Of a stretch of DNA of 64,000 nucleotides, positions 19,330 through 28,780 are shown piece after piece. The number at the start of each line of letters is the position of its first letter. The first letter of the stretch is position 1. This DNA is from Candidatus Harrisonbacteria bacterium (GTDB taxonomy: Bacteria; Patescibacteriota; Minisyncoccia; UBA6257; 02-FULL-45-10c). The translations under genes were made by a program, and so were the position numbers. The stretch is taken from positions 67,078-131,077 of the forward strand of contig JACROC010000005.1 in the NCBI GenBank assembly GCA_016214655.1, given 5' to 3'. The notes below the pieces were generated by a model. It saw only the letters and a list, made by a program, of their open reading frames with translations, was not told the DNA's origin and made no database searches.

Positions 19330-19422
19330 CCTAACGCGGCATCTCAAATTTAAATTTAGATCAAGGCGCGAGAAGGAAATCGTAGTTATAACTACCTTTC
19401 CGACAAGCAGCGGTGAGATGAA
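19330..19422 (-). other. structured RNA element, copy 1 (5' of the M23 peptidase gene in minus orientation)
   Basis: Shares conserved GGCGCGAGRAGGAAATCGTA-hairpin-TACCTTTCCGACRAGCA with copy 2. The internal hairpin and the closing stem differ but stay complementary (CATCTCA/TGAGATG). Confidence 0.4.
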
Positions 19423-19531
19423 CTTATTATTTTTTTTGAGGATTATTATTAAGATAGGTTCTTAAACTTTGCTAATTTTCGGATCTTTGTTTACTCTAAT
19501 CTATAGTCATTTGATAACCAGGTAATGATAT

Positions 19532-20485
19532 ATGTATGGCCGCTTGGAAGAAATAGACGAGATGCGCGGTTTGGCAGTCTTTATTATGATAATTTTTGAT
19601 TTTCTCTATATGTTTACTGCCGCACCTCCGTGGCTAAAGCATTCCACTGGTAACGGCTTTACCATTGCCGATTTAGTGGCTCCGCTATTCCTGTTTGCGC
19701 TTGGCTTGTCTTATCCCTTGTCTCTTTACCGACGAAGAGAAAGCAGGGGGTTAGTCAGTGCTATCCTGCACTTTATGCGGCGCTCTTTAACGTTAATTCT
19801 ATTTGGAATATTAGGAGAATTTTTGGTTAGATATTCACTGACTATTCGTTGGGGAGTTTTGCAAATGATTGGATTAAGTTCACTGTTATCGCTTCCCTTT
19901 CTTTTTGTCGGTTACAAAAAGCGGCTGGCGGCAGCTTTTGGATTCATCGCGGCTTGGCATCTCATTTTTCTCTTCTTGAATGTTGATGATCCTAACTTAG
20001 GAAGCATGGGCGGACCAATGGCATGCCTTGGCTGGATGTCAATCGTTTTGTTGGCTACTTCCTTAATGGAGATGTACGAACAAAAATTGCTTTCACTGAT
20101 GGAATTTTCCTCTTATGTAAATTGGGTGTTGATTATTTGGTTGGGAGTCTATGTTTGTCGAATAATTGGTCAGCTGCACTCACCTATCAATAAGTGGCTG
20201 GTGACCGCTCCCTATATTCTCTATAGCTTGGAGTGGATTATCCCGCTTTTCGTTGTTTTTCAGATCAAAGAGCATTTTGATCTACGGATACCGATTTTGT
20301 CTTTGCTTGGCAAAAATGCCCTGATTTTGTATATGCTAGCTGGGATCTTCGGCTTGTTGGTAGAAAAAAATTTGCCGTCTGACTTACCAGTCTATTTAGT
20401 CTTTGTAACTTGTGTTTCCGGTACTTCTGTCATGATTTTATTTGCAAAATACCTAGATCGGAAACAGTGGTATTTTAAAGTTTAA
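19532..20485 (+). CDS. DUF1624 (acyltransferase-3-like) membrane protein
   Basis: N-terminal RLEEIDEMRGLAVFIMII motif typical of DUF1624. About 9 TM helices. Confidence 0.55.
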   Translation: MYGRLEEIDEMRGLAVFIMIIFDFLYMFTAAPPWLKHSTGNGFTIADLVAPLFLFALGLSYPLSLYRRRESRGLVSAILHFMRRSLTLILFGILGEFLVRYSLTIRWGVLQMIGLSSLLSLPFLFVGYKKRLAAAFGFIAAWHLIFLFLNVDDPNLGSMGGPMACLGWMSIVLLATSLMEMYEQKLLSLMEFSSYVNWVLIIWLGVYVCRIIGQLHSPINKWLVTAPYILYSLEWIIPLFVVFQIKEHFDLRIPILSLLGKNALILYMLAGIFGLLVEKNLPSDLPVYLVFVTCVSGTSVMILFAKYLDRKQWYFKV

Positions 20486-20539
20486 AAATCAAAAACCCGC
20501 ATTTTACTGCGGGTCTTTAATTTTTATATTCCGAAATTT

Positions 20540-20746
20540 TTATCTTCCGAAACCTCCGCGGCCTCCCCTGAATGCTGGCCGGCGCTTTTTATTGCAATCG
20601 TAGCAATACAAGCGTCCATAGGTGCCATCTTCGCGCTTGGTTGGCTCAAATGGCAGCTCTTTGATCGGAGTGCCGCACTCTGAGCAGGTCAGGTTTAAAG
20701 CTGATACGTCATACATCTGACGTTGCGGCCGATTTTGCATATCCAT
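20540..20746 (-). CDS. small zinc-ribbon protein with RGG/FGR tail
   Basis: CSECG...CYDC four-Cys ribbon. C-terminal RPAFRGGRGGFGR. Confidence 0.5.
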   Translation of the reverse strand: MDMQNRPQRQMYDVSALNLTCSECGTPIKELPFEPTKREDGTYGRLYCYDCNKKRRPAFRGGRGGFGR

Positions 20747-20823
20747 CTCGTTCGCTTAAATTTATTTATATTTTTTCGTATATCTTTAGGCGAACGACTG
20801 TGGCCCTATCTTTACAAAAATCC

Positions 20824-20980
20824 CTTAACGCGTTGCAGGTTAAATTTACTTAGTATCAGGCGCGAGGAGGAAATCGTATCAGTAGATACCTTTCCGACGA
20901 GCAACGCCGTAATAAGTAAATTTAATCGCAACCCTTCGGGATACAGCCAATTTGTATTCATAACTGCGTTGCTCCTCCTC
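20824..20980 (-). other. structured RNA element, copy 2, plus adjacent hairpin-rich region
   Basis: Homologous to copy 1 with a compensatory closing stem (TTAAATTTACTTA/TAAGTAAATTTAA). Followed by a CCCUUCGGG UUCG-tetraloop hairpin. A segment at 20966-20980 is complementary to both halves of the conserved core (possible alternative pairing). Confidence 0.4.
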
Positions 20981-21228
20981 AACGTGCCTATTGGCACAGT
21001 TTCGTCGTCGCACCTGATTCCGAATAAAATTAGCTAGTATCGCATTAGGGAGATTTTATAAAGATAGGGTCTATATTATAATTCGCATGAGCGCTTTCGC
21101 ATTGCCAAAGGCCAAGGGCCGGAGGCGCGCTATTCGCGTGCAACTACTATCGCCTAACTACGATAAGAAAAAGCATAGCACGTTAGCTTATAGAAATCAA
21201 AAACCGCGAATTTATCGCGGCTTTACCA

Positions 21229-21330
21229 TTATCTCATAACCCAAACAGCCACAATAAGCACAACCAGAAGAATCGCCCATCTTAGCAAAAGCGGTTTCCA
21301 AGACATTCCCCAAGACATTCCCCAAGACAT
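21229..21330 (-). CDS. 33-aa hydrophobic peptide with N-terminal MSWG x3 repeat
   Basis: SD AAAGGAG 7 nt upstream. Sequence MSWGMSWGMSWKPLLLRWAILLVVLIVAVWVMR. Encoded partly by a 12-nt tandem repeat x3. Intrinsic terminator CCGCGATAAATTCGCGG plus TTTTT immediately downstream (21195-21225). Confidence 0.35.
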   Translation of the reverse strand: MSWGMSWGMSWKPLLLRWAILLVVLIVAVWVMR

Positions 21331-21410
21331 AGCCAAGCTCCTTTATCAAAGATTAATCTAGCTATAGCTTTATATAAATCGCAAAAAAACTCAACTGTAC
21401 ATATACAAAC

Positions 21411-23051
21411 CTACTCCCTAACCAAATGCTCAAATGCGTACTTTAAGCTAGCACCCACTTTCTTGCCTGGGTTAAAGATATTTTTAGGGTCAAAGATATG
21501 TTTAGTTTCTTCAAAAAGCTTATAAACTTTTTCGCCATACATTTTTTTGAGAAAAGGACTGCGAATTAAGCCATCATTATGTTCGGCGGTAATGGAGCCG
21601 CCATATTCCAAAACAAGATTATATACCTCGTCTGAAAGTCCGCGAATGATCTCGGCAGATTTGGGATCAGCCAAATCCATCAGCGGAATAATATGAAAAT
21701 TGCCATCGCCCACATGCCCGGCAATGGTATAAGTTAGCTCATATCGATCAAGAATTTTATTCAAGCGCGGCAAAAACTCTGGCAGATCTTCCACGCGCAC
21801 TATAAAATCATCGATAAACGGCGCGGTCCTCTTGCCGCGAACGTGTTTTCTTAAAAGATTGAAACTTTCCCGCCGCATTGTCCAATATTTTTTAGCATCT
21901 TCCTCATTCGGGCTGATTCTGAATTTAATTTGCAAAGATTTCAAATTTCGCTTCAAATCTTGCAGTCGATTTTCTAAATTCTTTTCATTATTATCCGCTA
22001 ATTCAACTAATAAAATCAATTTGGGGAAACCGCCGGTAAGCGTCATCCAGGCTTCGGGCAAAAAACTCAAACCCAATTTTATTAAATTTTTCGGCTTTAA
22101 AATCTTGATTAAATCCGGCAGAAAACGCATTGCTAATTTAAGAGTGTGGTCATCAAACGATTCAAAACTTTCCGGCTGGAATTTCATCACTATTCTGATT
22201 ATTTCTAACAGCAGATTTAAATCTTTAAGGAAAATCACTGTCAGCCGCGAATACGGCTTAGGCTTAACCAGTCTGAATTTGATTTTCGTGATAACTCCCA
22301 GAGTTCCCTGCGAACCGACAAAAAGCTTGGTTAAATCAAAAATTTTCCCATCCCAGATATCCCAAAGATTATAACCGGCGGAGTTTTTAGACACATTAGG
22401 CTCGGCTTTCTGCAAAAGATCAAAATTATATTTGGCTAAATCATACATTTTACGGTATATTTCTCCCTCCAAATCACCCCGCCTTCTTTTCATCAATAAT
22501 TCGTCTTCGTTCAGCGGCCTCAAAACATGTTCTTCCCCGTCGCTCAAAACCGTATGCAATTCCATGACATAATTTTCGGTTTTTCCATAGGCCAGCGTCT
22601 TTTCGCCACCGGCATTATTAGCTACCATCCCGCCGACGGCGCAAATTTCCCGTGAAGCGGGATAAGTCGGCAAAATCAAACCATGCTTTAAAGTTTCTTT
22701 TTCAAAGTCTCTGTAGAAAACTCCCGGTTCTACTACTGCATGTCCGCTTTCCGCATTTTGGACGCCAACTTCAATAATTTTATTAAAATATTTTGTAAAA
22801 TCCAAAACCACCGATTCCGAAAGCGGCGCGCCGGTCATATCGGTGCCTCCGGACCTGGGAGTCAAAGAAATGTTCTTATTTTCGTTCGCAAATTTAATTA
22901 ATTTTTTCAGATCTTCAGTATCCTTTGGAAAAACCACCGCTTCCGGCGTTATTTCAAATAAGCTGGCATCGTGGCTGTACTTGGCCTTTGTCGCTTCATC
23001 ATCCAGCACTTCGCCTTTTAATATTTTTTTTAAATCATTATTCAGCGGCAT
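21411..23051 (-). CDS. FAD-binding oxidoreductase (GlcD / D-lactate dehydrogenase-like)
   Basis: FAD-binding PCMH-type N-terminal domain (RSGGTDMTGAPL) and a C-terminal FAD-linked oxidase domain. Confidence 0.75.
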   Translation of the reverse strand: MPLNNDLKKILKGEVLDDEATKAKYSHDASLFEITPEAVVFPKDTEDLKKLIKFANENKNISLTPRSGGTDMTGAPLSESVVLDFTKYFNKIIEVGVQNAESGHAVVEPGVFYRDFEKETLKHGLILPTYPASREICAVGGMVANNAGGEKTLAYGKTENYVMELHTVLSDGEEHVLRPLNEDELLMKRRRGDLEGEIYRKMYDLAKYNFDLLQKAEPNVSKNSAGYNLWDIWDGKIFDLTKLFVGSQGTLGVITKIKFRLVKPKPYSRLTVIFLKDLNLLLEIIRIVMKFQPESFESFDDHTLKLAMRFLPDLIKILKPKNLIKLGLSFLPEAWMTLTGGFPKLILLVELADNNEKNLENRLQDLKRNLKSLQIKFRISPNEEDAKKYWTMRRESFNLLRKHVRGKRTAPFIDDFIVRVEDLPEFLPRLNKILDRYELTYTIAGHVGDGNFHIIPLMDLADPKSAEIIRGLSDEVYNLVLEYGGSITAEHNDGLIRSPFLKKMYGEKVYKLFEETKHIFDPKNIFNPGKKVGASLKYAFEHLVRE

Positions 23052-23733
23052 ATCTTTTATAATAAAGCGGAACGACTTTTAACGCCAAAATAATAGCAAA
23101 GATTATGGCAAAACCGCACATAATTGAGGGTGTTGCATTCCAGGCTGCCGCCGCAGAGATTAAATAAACAATTCCCATTGGAAGCATAAAAGATGCATAT
23201 CCTAATATCATCCAATACAAGATTGCCGCATTTTTAACCAGCAACGTCTTGACCGCTACCCAAATTCCCAAAAACAAAAATCCGAAATAATAAACGGCGT
23301 AAGTCCACCACAACTCTTGGGCGGTATTAAAAATAATATAATTACCGCCGCAAGTGGCTTGGCTAATGGCTTTTTCGCCAAAAGCAAAAATAGCGATGTA
23401 TGTGAACATCAGTACATAACCGAATTTCAGAAAATAATCCTTACCGGCCAATAAGGTAATGAGATGTAATCCCAAAACCGGCAAAAGAGTGATGATAATA
23501 AAGCCGATCCGGGACCAAAAGATAGAGTCACTGCCCACACAAATCTGGTATTCGGCGAACTGAAATCCGGCAAGCAGCATAAGCAGTAAAACAGCTAACC
23601 TGCTGAATGGAGTTGTACGGTAACGGATAAAAACATATAGCGCCAAAATGGTTTCAATTAAAAAAGTCGCCAGCATCACTTCCGGCGTAAAACAAAAGAA
23701 AGTTGAATTTTTATTCTTTAAAATTTTGGTCAT
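23038..23733 (-). CDS. hypothetical polytopic membrane protein
   Basis: Seven hydrophobic helices. Start overlaps the upstream gene's stop. Confidence 0.45.
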   Translation of the reverse strand: MTKILKNKNSTFFCFTPEVMLATFLIETILALYVFIRYRTTPFSRLAVLLLMLLAGFQFAEYQICVGSDSIFWSRIGFIIITLLPVLGLHLITLLAGKDYFLKFGYVLMFTYIAIFAFGEKAISQATCGGNYIIFNTAQELWWTYAVYYFGFLFLGIWVAVKTLLVKNAAILYWMILGYASFMLPMGIVYLISAAAAWNATPSIMCGFAIIFAIILALKVVPLYYKRYAAE

Positions 23734-24248
23734 TGTGTTTCTGATTCGTATTTTATTTCAATTTTATCTTTATCTTTCATTATATAGTTCTCAAATTCAT
23801 TATTTTCTGATCCATTAACCGACATCTTTACTTTTCCCTGAGGTCCGTTGCAGTAATTAAAAATACAATTAGCGTTAAAATCCCGCTGCCAAGCCTTAAA
23901 AAATTTATCCAACTTAATATCGTTTTTAGCGACTAATCCGGTAAATTCCAAATGTAATACTCCGCTATCATCGTGCGTATGAATCGGATTATGAACGGCA
24001 CTCAATCCAATTCCCTCCGGTATTTGATGCTCTTCACCGTTAATAAAAATTTTCAGCTCTGAATGCCAATGCATGCCCTGTCTGGAAATAATTTGATCTT
24101 CCGGCAGAGATGGCAGCGAAATAACAAACCAAACGGCTAATGCCGCCAATCCAACAATAATGCCAGCCGGAAGGATAATCCTTTTGAGATATTCAAATCG
24201 ATGGGTTTTTTGCCGTTTAGTATTCCAATTTTCTTTTTTACACATCAT
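23730..24248 (-). CDS. membrane-anchored His-rich putative metal-binding protein
   Basis: N-terminal TM helix, then MHWHSE...HNPIHTHDDSGVLHLE His cluster. Confidence 0.4.
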   Translation of the reverse strand: MMCKKENWNTKRQKTHRFEYLKRIILPAGIIVGLAALAVWFVISLPSLPEDQIISRQGMHWHSELKIFINGEEHQIPEGIGLSAVHNPIHTHDDSGVLHLEFTGLVAKNDIKLDKFFKAWQRDFNANCIFNYCNGPQGKVKMSVNGSENNEFENYIMKDKDKIEIKYESETQ

Positions 24249-26482
24249 TATTGAACTGTAATCTTGCCAGTCGCCTTAAGTACATCGTTTAACGGCCACC
24301 AGGATTGGAATTCAAATGGCTCGTCGGCTAAAAATTCAACCGTTGCCGTACTGCCAGGCTTTACCGCTTCAGTTTTAAATTTAGGACTAGTAAATCTCAA
24401 ACCGCCGTAATAAACGTTTTCGGTTCTCACCAAAAAATGAATTTTGACTTTTGACCCCCTTGGCACGCTTAATGATGGGTTTGGATAAAATCCGCGATCA
24501 TCTGCCTCTAATTTAAATTCGTATGGCATTGGCTCAGACGTGGCTGGTTCCGGTAAAATACATTCCGCCGGTAAAGTGCACCCCTTTTCATCGGTGCGGC
24601 TGACTAATTTGCCGCCTTTTTCGGCGCAAGATTTCTCAAATTCCGGAGATGGCGCTGCAAACAACGGACAAGATGCGGGTTTTGCACCAATCCGGCATTC
24701 TCCTGTATATTGGATGCCTGCTCCAGCAATTTTCGCAGTACAGGCATTGGAATAGGTTTTGCCGTCTAATCCGCAAACCGGATTATATTCTTGAGTACAG
24801 ATTTCCGGCTTTTCAATTTCCCGCATGGCTGGAGTTGCAGCCGGTATCTCACAAGCTGACAATTCTTTTTTTAGAGTCTCATATTTTAATTTGTAATCTG
24901 CTTCACCAATTTTTTCTGATTTCAACAATTCTTCCAGTTGAGCCAAGCTGCCCCTTAATCCTTCGCATCGAGACGGCAAAACTGAAGTAACTTGCGGCTT
25001 TACTTCGGTCGGTATGGCTCTTTTAACTTCTGCTTTTTTCAGCTCTGCATCCTTCCCGCCGCTTTCAATAAAACGGGACAAATCGTTTAAATAACCCCTA
25101 ACATGACTAACGTGAAGGACCACATCTTCCAAGTTATTCCGTAAAAGCGCATCTTGCGCGGAAGTGAGATATTTTCTTGCCTCTGCTAAAATAGCGTAAG
25201 CTTTTGGATTTTTTTCCGGAGTAAATTCCCTTAATTTTAATATCTCTTCATATTTATTAATTTTTATTTCCAGCTCGTTTAACTCGGCTTTTAAGCGATC
25301 TGCTTGCGGACGCTCTTCTTCCAGCATCTTAAAAGCGTTTCTGGCTAAGACTTCCGCCGATCGCGCTTGTCCGAAAGCCTCCCCGTAATTATTGTCCGCA
25401 TATGCTGATTGCGCTTCCGTTAAATGCTCTTTGGATTGATTCAATAATGCAACCGGAACACGCGGAGCATTCTCCGTTTGTTTGATTCTTTCTTCTAATT
25501 TTTTAAGCACTTCTTCGGCGCGAGTTAATTGTTCTTTAGCTTTAGCGGCAATATTTTCTTGTTCACGGGTCGTTTTATCTAAAATAGCTCCTGCCTTATT
25601 TAAGGCCTCTGACAACCTCTGCTCTGCTTTTTCCTTAATCTCGTCAAAAATTACCGATCTTCTTGCGGTGTCTCCCGGTAATTCCGTAATTGCATCCTGG
25701 ACAGCTTGAGAACCCCCTTTTTCAAACAGATCTTTGATATCCGATTCTAACTTTTGAGAAAACTCCTGGCGAAGCCTTTCTAAAGATTGTTTTGCCGCTT
25801 CCGAAGCATTTTGCGAAAGATTATCAATGAATTCTACAGAACGAAGGTGCTTCAGGTCCCCTCCCTTGGTTTCTATCAAGGCTTTTTCCAATTTAACTGC
25901 AAATTTGGCAGGTTCATCTTTTTCAGCTGCCCGAGATACGGACTCCTCTAATTTTTTTTGAGTATCCGCCGTTAAACTGGATATTTTTTCATCATTTTCA
26001 AATTGCTTTGAAATCCCATCAATGATATTGGCGTGCTTGACTGTTTTTCCGGTCAAATCACCTAAAAGACGGTCAATGTTCGGATTTTGGGAAGTCTCTT
26101 TTAATAATTCCAGCCTGGAACTCAATCTTACTTGGGCTTCCTGATAATTCTCCAATGCTTCAGTGATGGCTTCTGCATCTTCCGGCCTTGCTTCCTGGAC
26201 TTTCTTTAATTCTGCCGCTTTTTCATTGGTAATTTTTAATTCAAATTCGGTTTTCTTAACCGGGTCAAAAGTAAAAACCCGCCGAAACCCTCTGCCCCAT
26301 TCTTTTAGAAAATAAAACGGGTTGGTTGGTAATAGCCCCGGGTTTTCAATGCCTAAATCCGAAGCAGTAACATTTTCTGTCTCTATAATCGCAGATGTTT
26401 CTGCCGCTTGTGCGTAAACGACTGCCGCGCCCATCGGTAAAAGATTAATTATTAACAACGAAGAAATTAAGTATTTTTTCAT
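24248..26482 (-). CDS. large secreted coiled-coil protein with Kazal-type inhibitor-like domain
   Basis: Signal peptide, extensive charged coiled-coil segments and CTQEYNPVCGLDGKTYSNACTAKIAG (Kazal signature), plus a C-terminal beta-rich domain. Confidence 0.55.
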   Translation of the reverse strand: MKKYLISSLLIINLLPMGAAVVYAQAAETSAIIETENVTASDLGIENPGLLPTNPFYFLKEWGRGFRRVFTFDPVKKTEFELKITNEKAAELKKVQEARPEDAEAITEALENYQEAQVRLSSRLELLKETSQNPNIDRLLGDLTGKTVKHANIIDGISKQFENDEKISSLTADTQKKLEESVSRAAEKDEPAKFAVKLEKALIETKGGDLKHLRSVEFIDNLSQNASEAAKQSLERLRQEFSQKLESDIKDLFEKGGSQAVQDAITELPGDTARRSVIFDEIKEKAEQRLSEALNKAGAILDKTTREQENIAAKAKEQLTRAEEVLKKLEERIKQTENAPRVPVALLNQSKEHLTEAQSAYADNNYGEAFGQARSAEVLARNAFKMLEEERPQADRLKAELNELEIKINKYEEILKLREFTPEKNPKAYAILAEARKYLTSAQDALLRNNLEDVVLHVSHVRGYLNDLSRFIESGGKDAELKKAEVKRAIPTEVKPQVTSVLPSRCEGLRGSLAQLEELLKSEKIGEADYKLKYETLKKELSACEIPAATPAMREIEKPEICTQEYNPVCGLDGKTYSNACTAKIAGAGIQYTGECRIGAKPASCPLFAAPSPEFEKSCAEKGGKLVSRTDEKGCTLPAECILPEPATSEPMPYEFKLEADDRGFYPNPSLSVPRGSKVKIHFLVRTENVYYGGLRFTSPKFKTEAVKPGSTATVEFLADEPFEFQSWWPLNDVLKATGKITVQ

Positions 26483-26512
26483 ATTAACTTTAATTATATC
26501 ACACCTTCGCTA

Positions 26513-27058
26513 TTGCAACTGATAACGGTTGATTTTATGATGCAAACAGCTGTTTTAGATGAAATCAGCACCATGAAAGAGCGACCAGCAAAGAGGGTGC
26601 CTGAATCGGCTATAAATGATAGCCTCTATATGATTCAGCCGAATGACCTTAATTATTTAGGAACAATTTTTGGCGGCACAGTTATGGCGGAATCAGATAA
26701 AATCGCTGCCGTAGTCGCTAAAATACATTGCGGGCAAACCTGTGTAACAGCATCGGTAGATGCCTTCCGCTTTCTGGCTCCGGCTTACGTCAGTGAAGTC
26801 TTGGTGTTTAAGGCATCCGTAAATCGAGTTTGGAACGCCTCATTAGAAGTTGGCATTAAGGTCTTTGCCAAAAATACATTAACCGGAGAAAACCGCCATA
26901 TAGTTTCCGCCTATTTTACCTTTGTTCCAATAGATGAAACCCGGAAGCCTGTACCGGTAAAATATTCCCTTAACCCGGAAACCGAGGAAGAAAAACGCCG
27001 CTGGCGAGAAGCAGATAAGCGGCGGGAACGTCGCCTGCAGGAAAGAAGTAAAAAATAA
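26513..27058 (+). CDS. acyl-CoA thioesterase (hotdog fold, YciA-like)
   Basis: LNYLGTIFGGTVMAESDKIAAVVA hotdog motif. Basic C-terminal tail. The true start may be the internal Met at MKERPAK. Confidence 0.65.
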   Translation: MQLITVDFMMQTAVLDEISTMKERPAKRVPESAINDSLYMIQPNDLNYLGTIFGGTVMAESDKIAAVVAKIHCGQTCVTASVDAFRFLAPAYVSEVLVFKASVNRVWNASLEVGIKVFAKNTLTGENRHIVSAYFTFVPIDETRKPVPVKYSLNPETEEEKRRWREADKRRERRLQERSKK

Positions 27059-27069
27059 AAATACCCCGA

Positions 27070-27606
27070 TTAAATCTGGGGCGTTTTTTTATTGGGTCTT
27101 TTATTTAGCCAATAGATTATTCCGTAAAATATAATTAATAAGGAATAATTCGGTATTAAAAATTCCAGTCTTGCCCAGGAAATCACACTTGCTTTATAGG
27201 GGGAAAACGGCCATAAAAATGGCGTCGGGAAAAATCTGGAAGTATGGGTTGGTATATCGCTCAAAATATGAAGTCCCCACGTCCCCATTTCCCAAAATGG
27301 CTTTCTCCGGATAAGCCAAATTAAAAGAAAAACGGCTAAAAAGACTATCAAACTGTGGGTGTAATTATAAAGCGTAAAAACGTAGTGAGGCACGAATGCT
27401 CCATTTAGTCCATGCTCTCCGCTGGCAAATTCCGGCCGGAATAATCCCCGGAAAAATAAATTTTCTATAAATAAAATTCCGAAAGAAAATAAGTCCGGCG
27501 CTACTCCGAAAAATACCGCCCATAAAATTTTTAACTTCTTGCGCGGCGGCAAAGAAATAGCCTTATAAATTCCTCCTGACCAAAGAGCATGAGAAAATAT
27601 GTCCAT
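27070..27606 (-). CDS. membrane-bound metal-dependent hydrolase (DUF457/YdjM-like)
   Basis: MDIFSHALWSGG N-terminus typical of the YdjM/DUF457 family. Confidence 0.6.
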   Translation of the reverse strand: MDIFSHALWSGGIYKAISLPPRKKLKILWAVFFGVAPDLFSFGILFIENLFFRGLFRPEFASGEHGLNGAFVPHYVFTLYNYTHSLIVFLAVFLLIWLIRRKPFWEMGTWGLHILSDIPTHTSRFFPTPFLWPFSPYKASVISWARLEFLIPNYSLLIIFYGIIYWLNKRPNKKTPQI

Positions 27607-28005
27607 CTACTTTTTCTTTTCTAATTCAAGGCAGACCGAGTTAATGCAATATCTTTTTCCATCAGGTGCAGGCCCGTCGTCAAAAATATGCCCGAGGTGC
27701 GAACCGCATTTTTTACAGACAACTTCAGTTCTTTTCATTCCGTAACTGGCATCTTCGCGAAGCTCAATATTTTCTAGATTAGCCGGTTCAGTGAAACTCG
27801 GCCAGCCTGTTCCGGAATCAAATTTGGTGTCAGAAGAAAAAAGTTCGACGCCGCAAGCTGCGCACCTATACATTCCCTTAGAGTGCTCATTCCAATATTT
27901 TCCGGAAAACGGAGCTTCGGTTCCCTTCTCGCGCATCACTTTATATTGTTCCGAAGTCGGTTCCTTTTTTAGCTCTTTTTCGGTTTTTAGATTTTTTTGA
28001 TTCAT
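27607..28005 (-). CDS. msrB: peptide-methionine (R)-S-oxide reductase MsrB
   Basis: Two CxxC pairs (CAACG, CKKCG) and RCxxC...HLGHIF SelR motifs. Confidence 0.85.
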   Translation of the reverse strand: MNQKNLKTEKELKKEPTSEQYKVMREKGTEAPFSGKYWNEHSKGMYRCAACGVELFSSDTKFDSGTGWPSFTEPANLENIELREDASYGMKRTEVVCKKCGSHLGHIFDDGPAPDGKRYCINSVCLELEKKK

Positions 28006-28033
28006 TTAATCGAATAATATCATGGATACTTCT

Positions 28034-28777
28034 TTACGGCTTGATCAGTGAATATAATTCATCCTCCAGTTTATAAAAATCACCTGAGCGTTCGGCCCTG
28101 GGCCTCGGCAAAGAGTTTGACGTCACTTTCTCTATTTTACCCGGCCGCGGAGTCAAAACCGCAACCCGGTCGCCCAACTTTAAAGCCTCAGAAATAATGT
28201 GCGTTACCATAACTATCGTCGGCTTTCTTTTTTGCCAAATATTTAAAAGTTCTTTCCGTAATTCTTCCGCGGTAAAAGAATCGAGCTCGGAAAACGGTTC
28301 GTCCATAAAAATTATTTTCGGATTTGTTACTATTGCCCGCGCGATTCCGACCCGCTGGCGCATTCCCCCGGAAAGCTCTTTTGGCCTGGAATTTTTAAAT
28401 TGCTCAAGACCAAATAATTTAAGTTCTTCCGCGACCCGCCTCTTTCTTTCATTTTTAGAAATCTTTCTTCCGATTAATCCAAGTTCTATATTTTCTTCCA
28501 CCGTCAGCCAGGGCAGGAGCGCAAATTGCTGAAAAACAAAACTGGTATCGGCACTGCTGATTCCGGCCTTTAATTTAACCTCGCCATCATAAGATTTTTC
28601 CAGGCCGCTCATGATGCGGAGCAATGTTGATTTACCGGATCCGGAAGGCCCTACCAATACCAGAAATTCGCCGTCAAAAACTTCCAGATTAATATCTTCC
28701 AATACCTTAAGAGGCGGCAAGTCCGGCCGTTCTTTAAAAGTTTTGTTTATTTTATGAAGCGAGATTATCGGTTCCAT
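28034..28777 (-). CDS. ABC transporter ATP-binding protein (NitT/TauT nitrate/sulfonate/taurine family)
   Basis: Walker A GPSGSGKST, signature LSGGMRQRVGIARA and Walker B IIFMDEPFS. Confidence 0.8.
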   Translation of the reverse strand: MEPIISLHKINKTFKERPDLPPLKVLEDINLEVFDGEFLVLVGPSGSGKSTLLRIMSGLEKSYDGEVKLKAGISSADTSFVFQQFALLPWLTVEENIELGLIGRKISKNERKRRVAEELKLFGLEQFKNSRPKELSGGMRQRVGIARAIVTNPKIIFMDEPFSELDSFTAEELRKELLNIWQKRKPTIVMVTHIISEALKLGDRVAVLTPRPGKIEKVTSNSLPRPRAERSGDFYKLEDELYSLIKP

Positions 28778-28780
28778 TAT

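Noticed and set aside
20723-21037. Overlapping plus and minus ORFs (20723..21037, 20812..20997) in the long intergenic gap
   Set aside because: They overlap each other and the repeated structured element. No SD, and implausible products.
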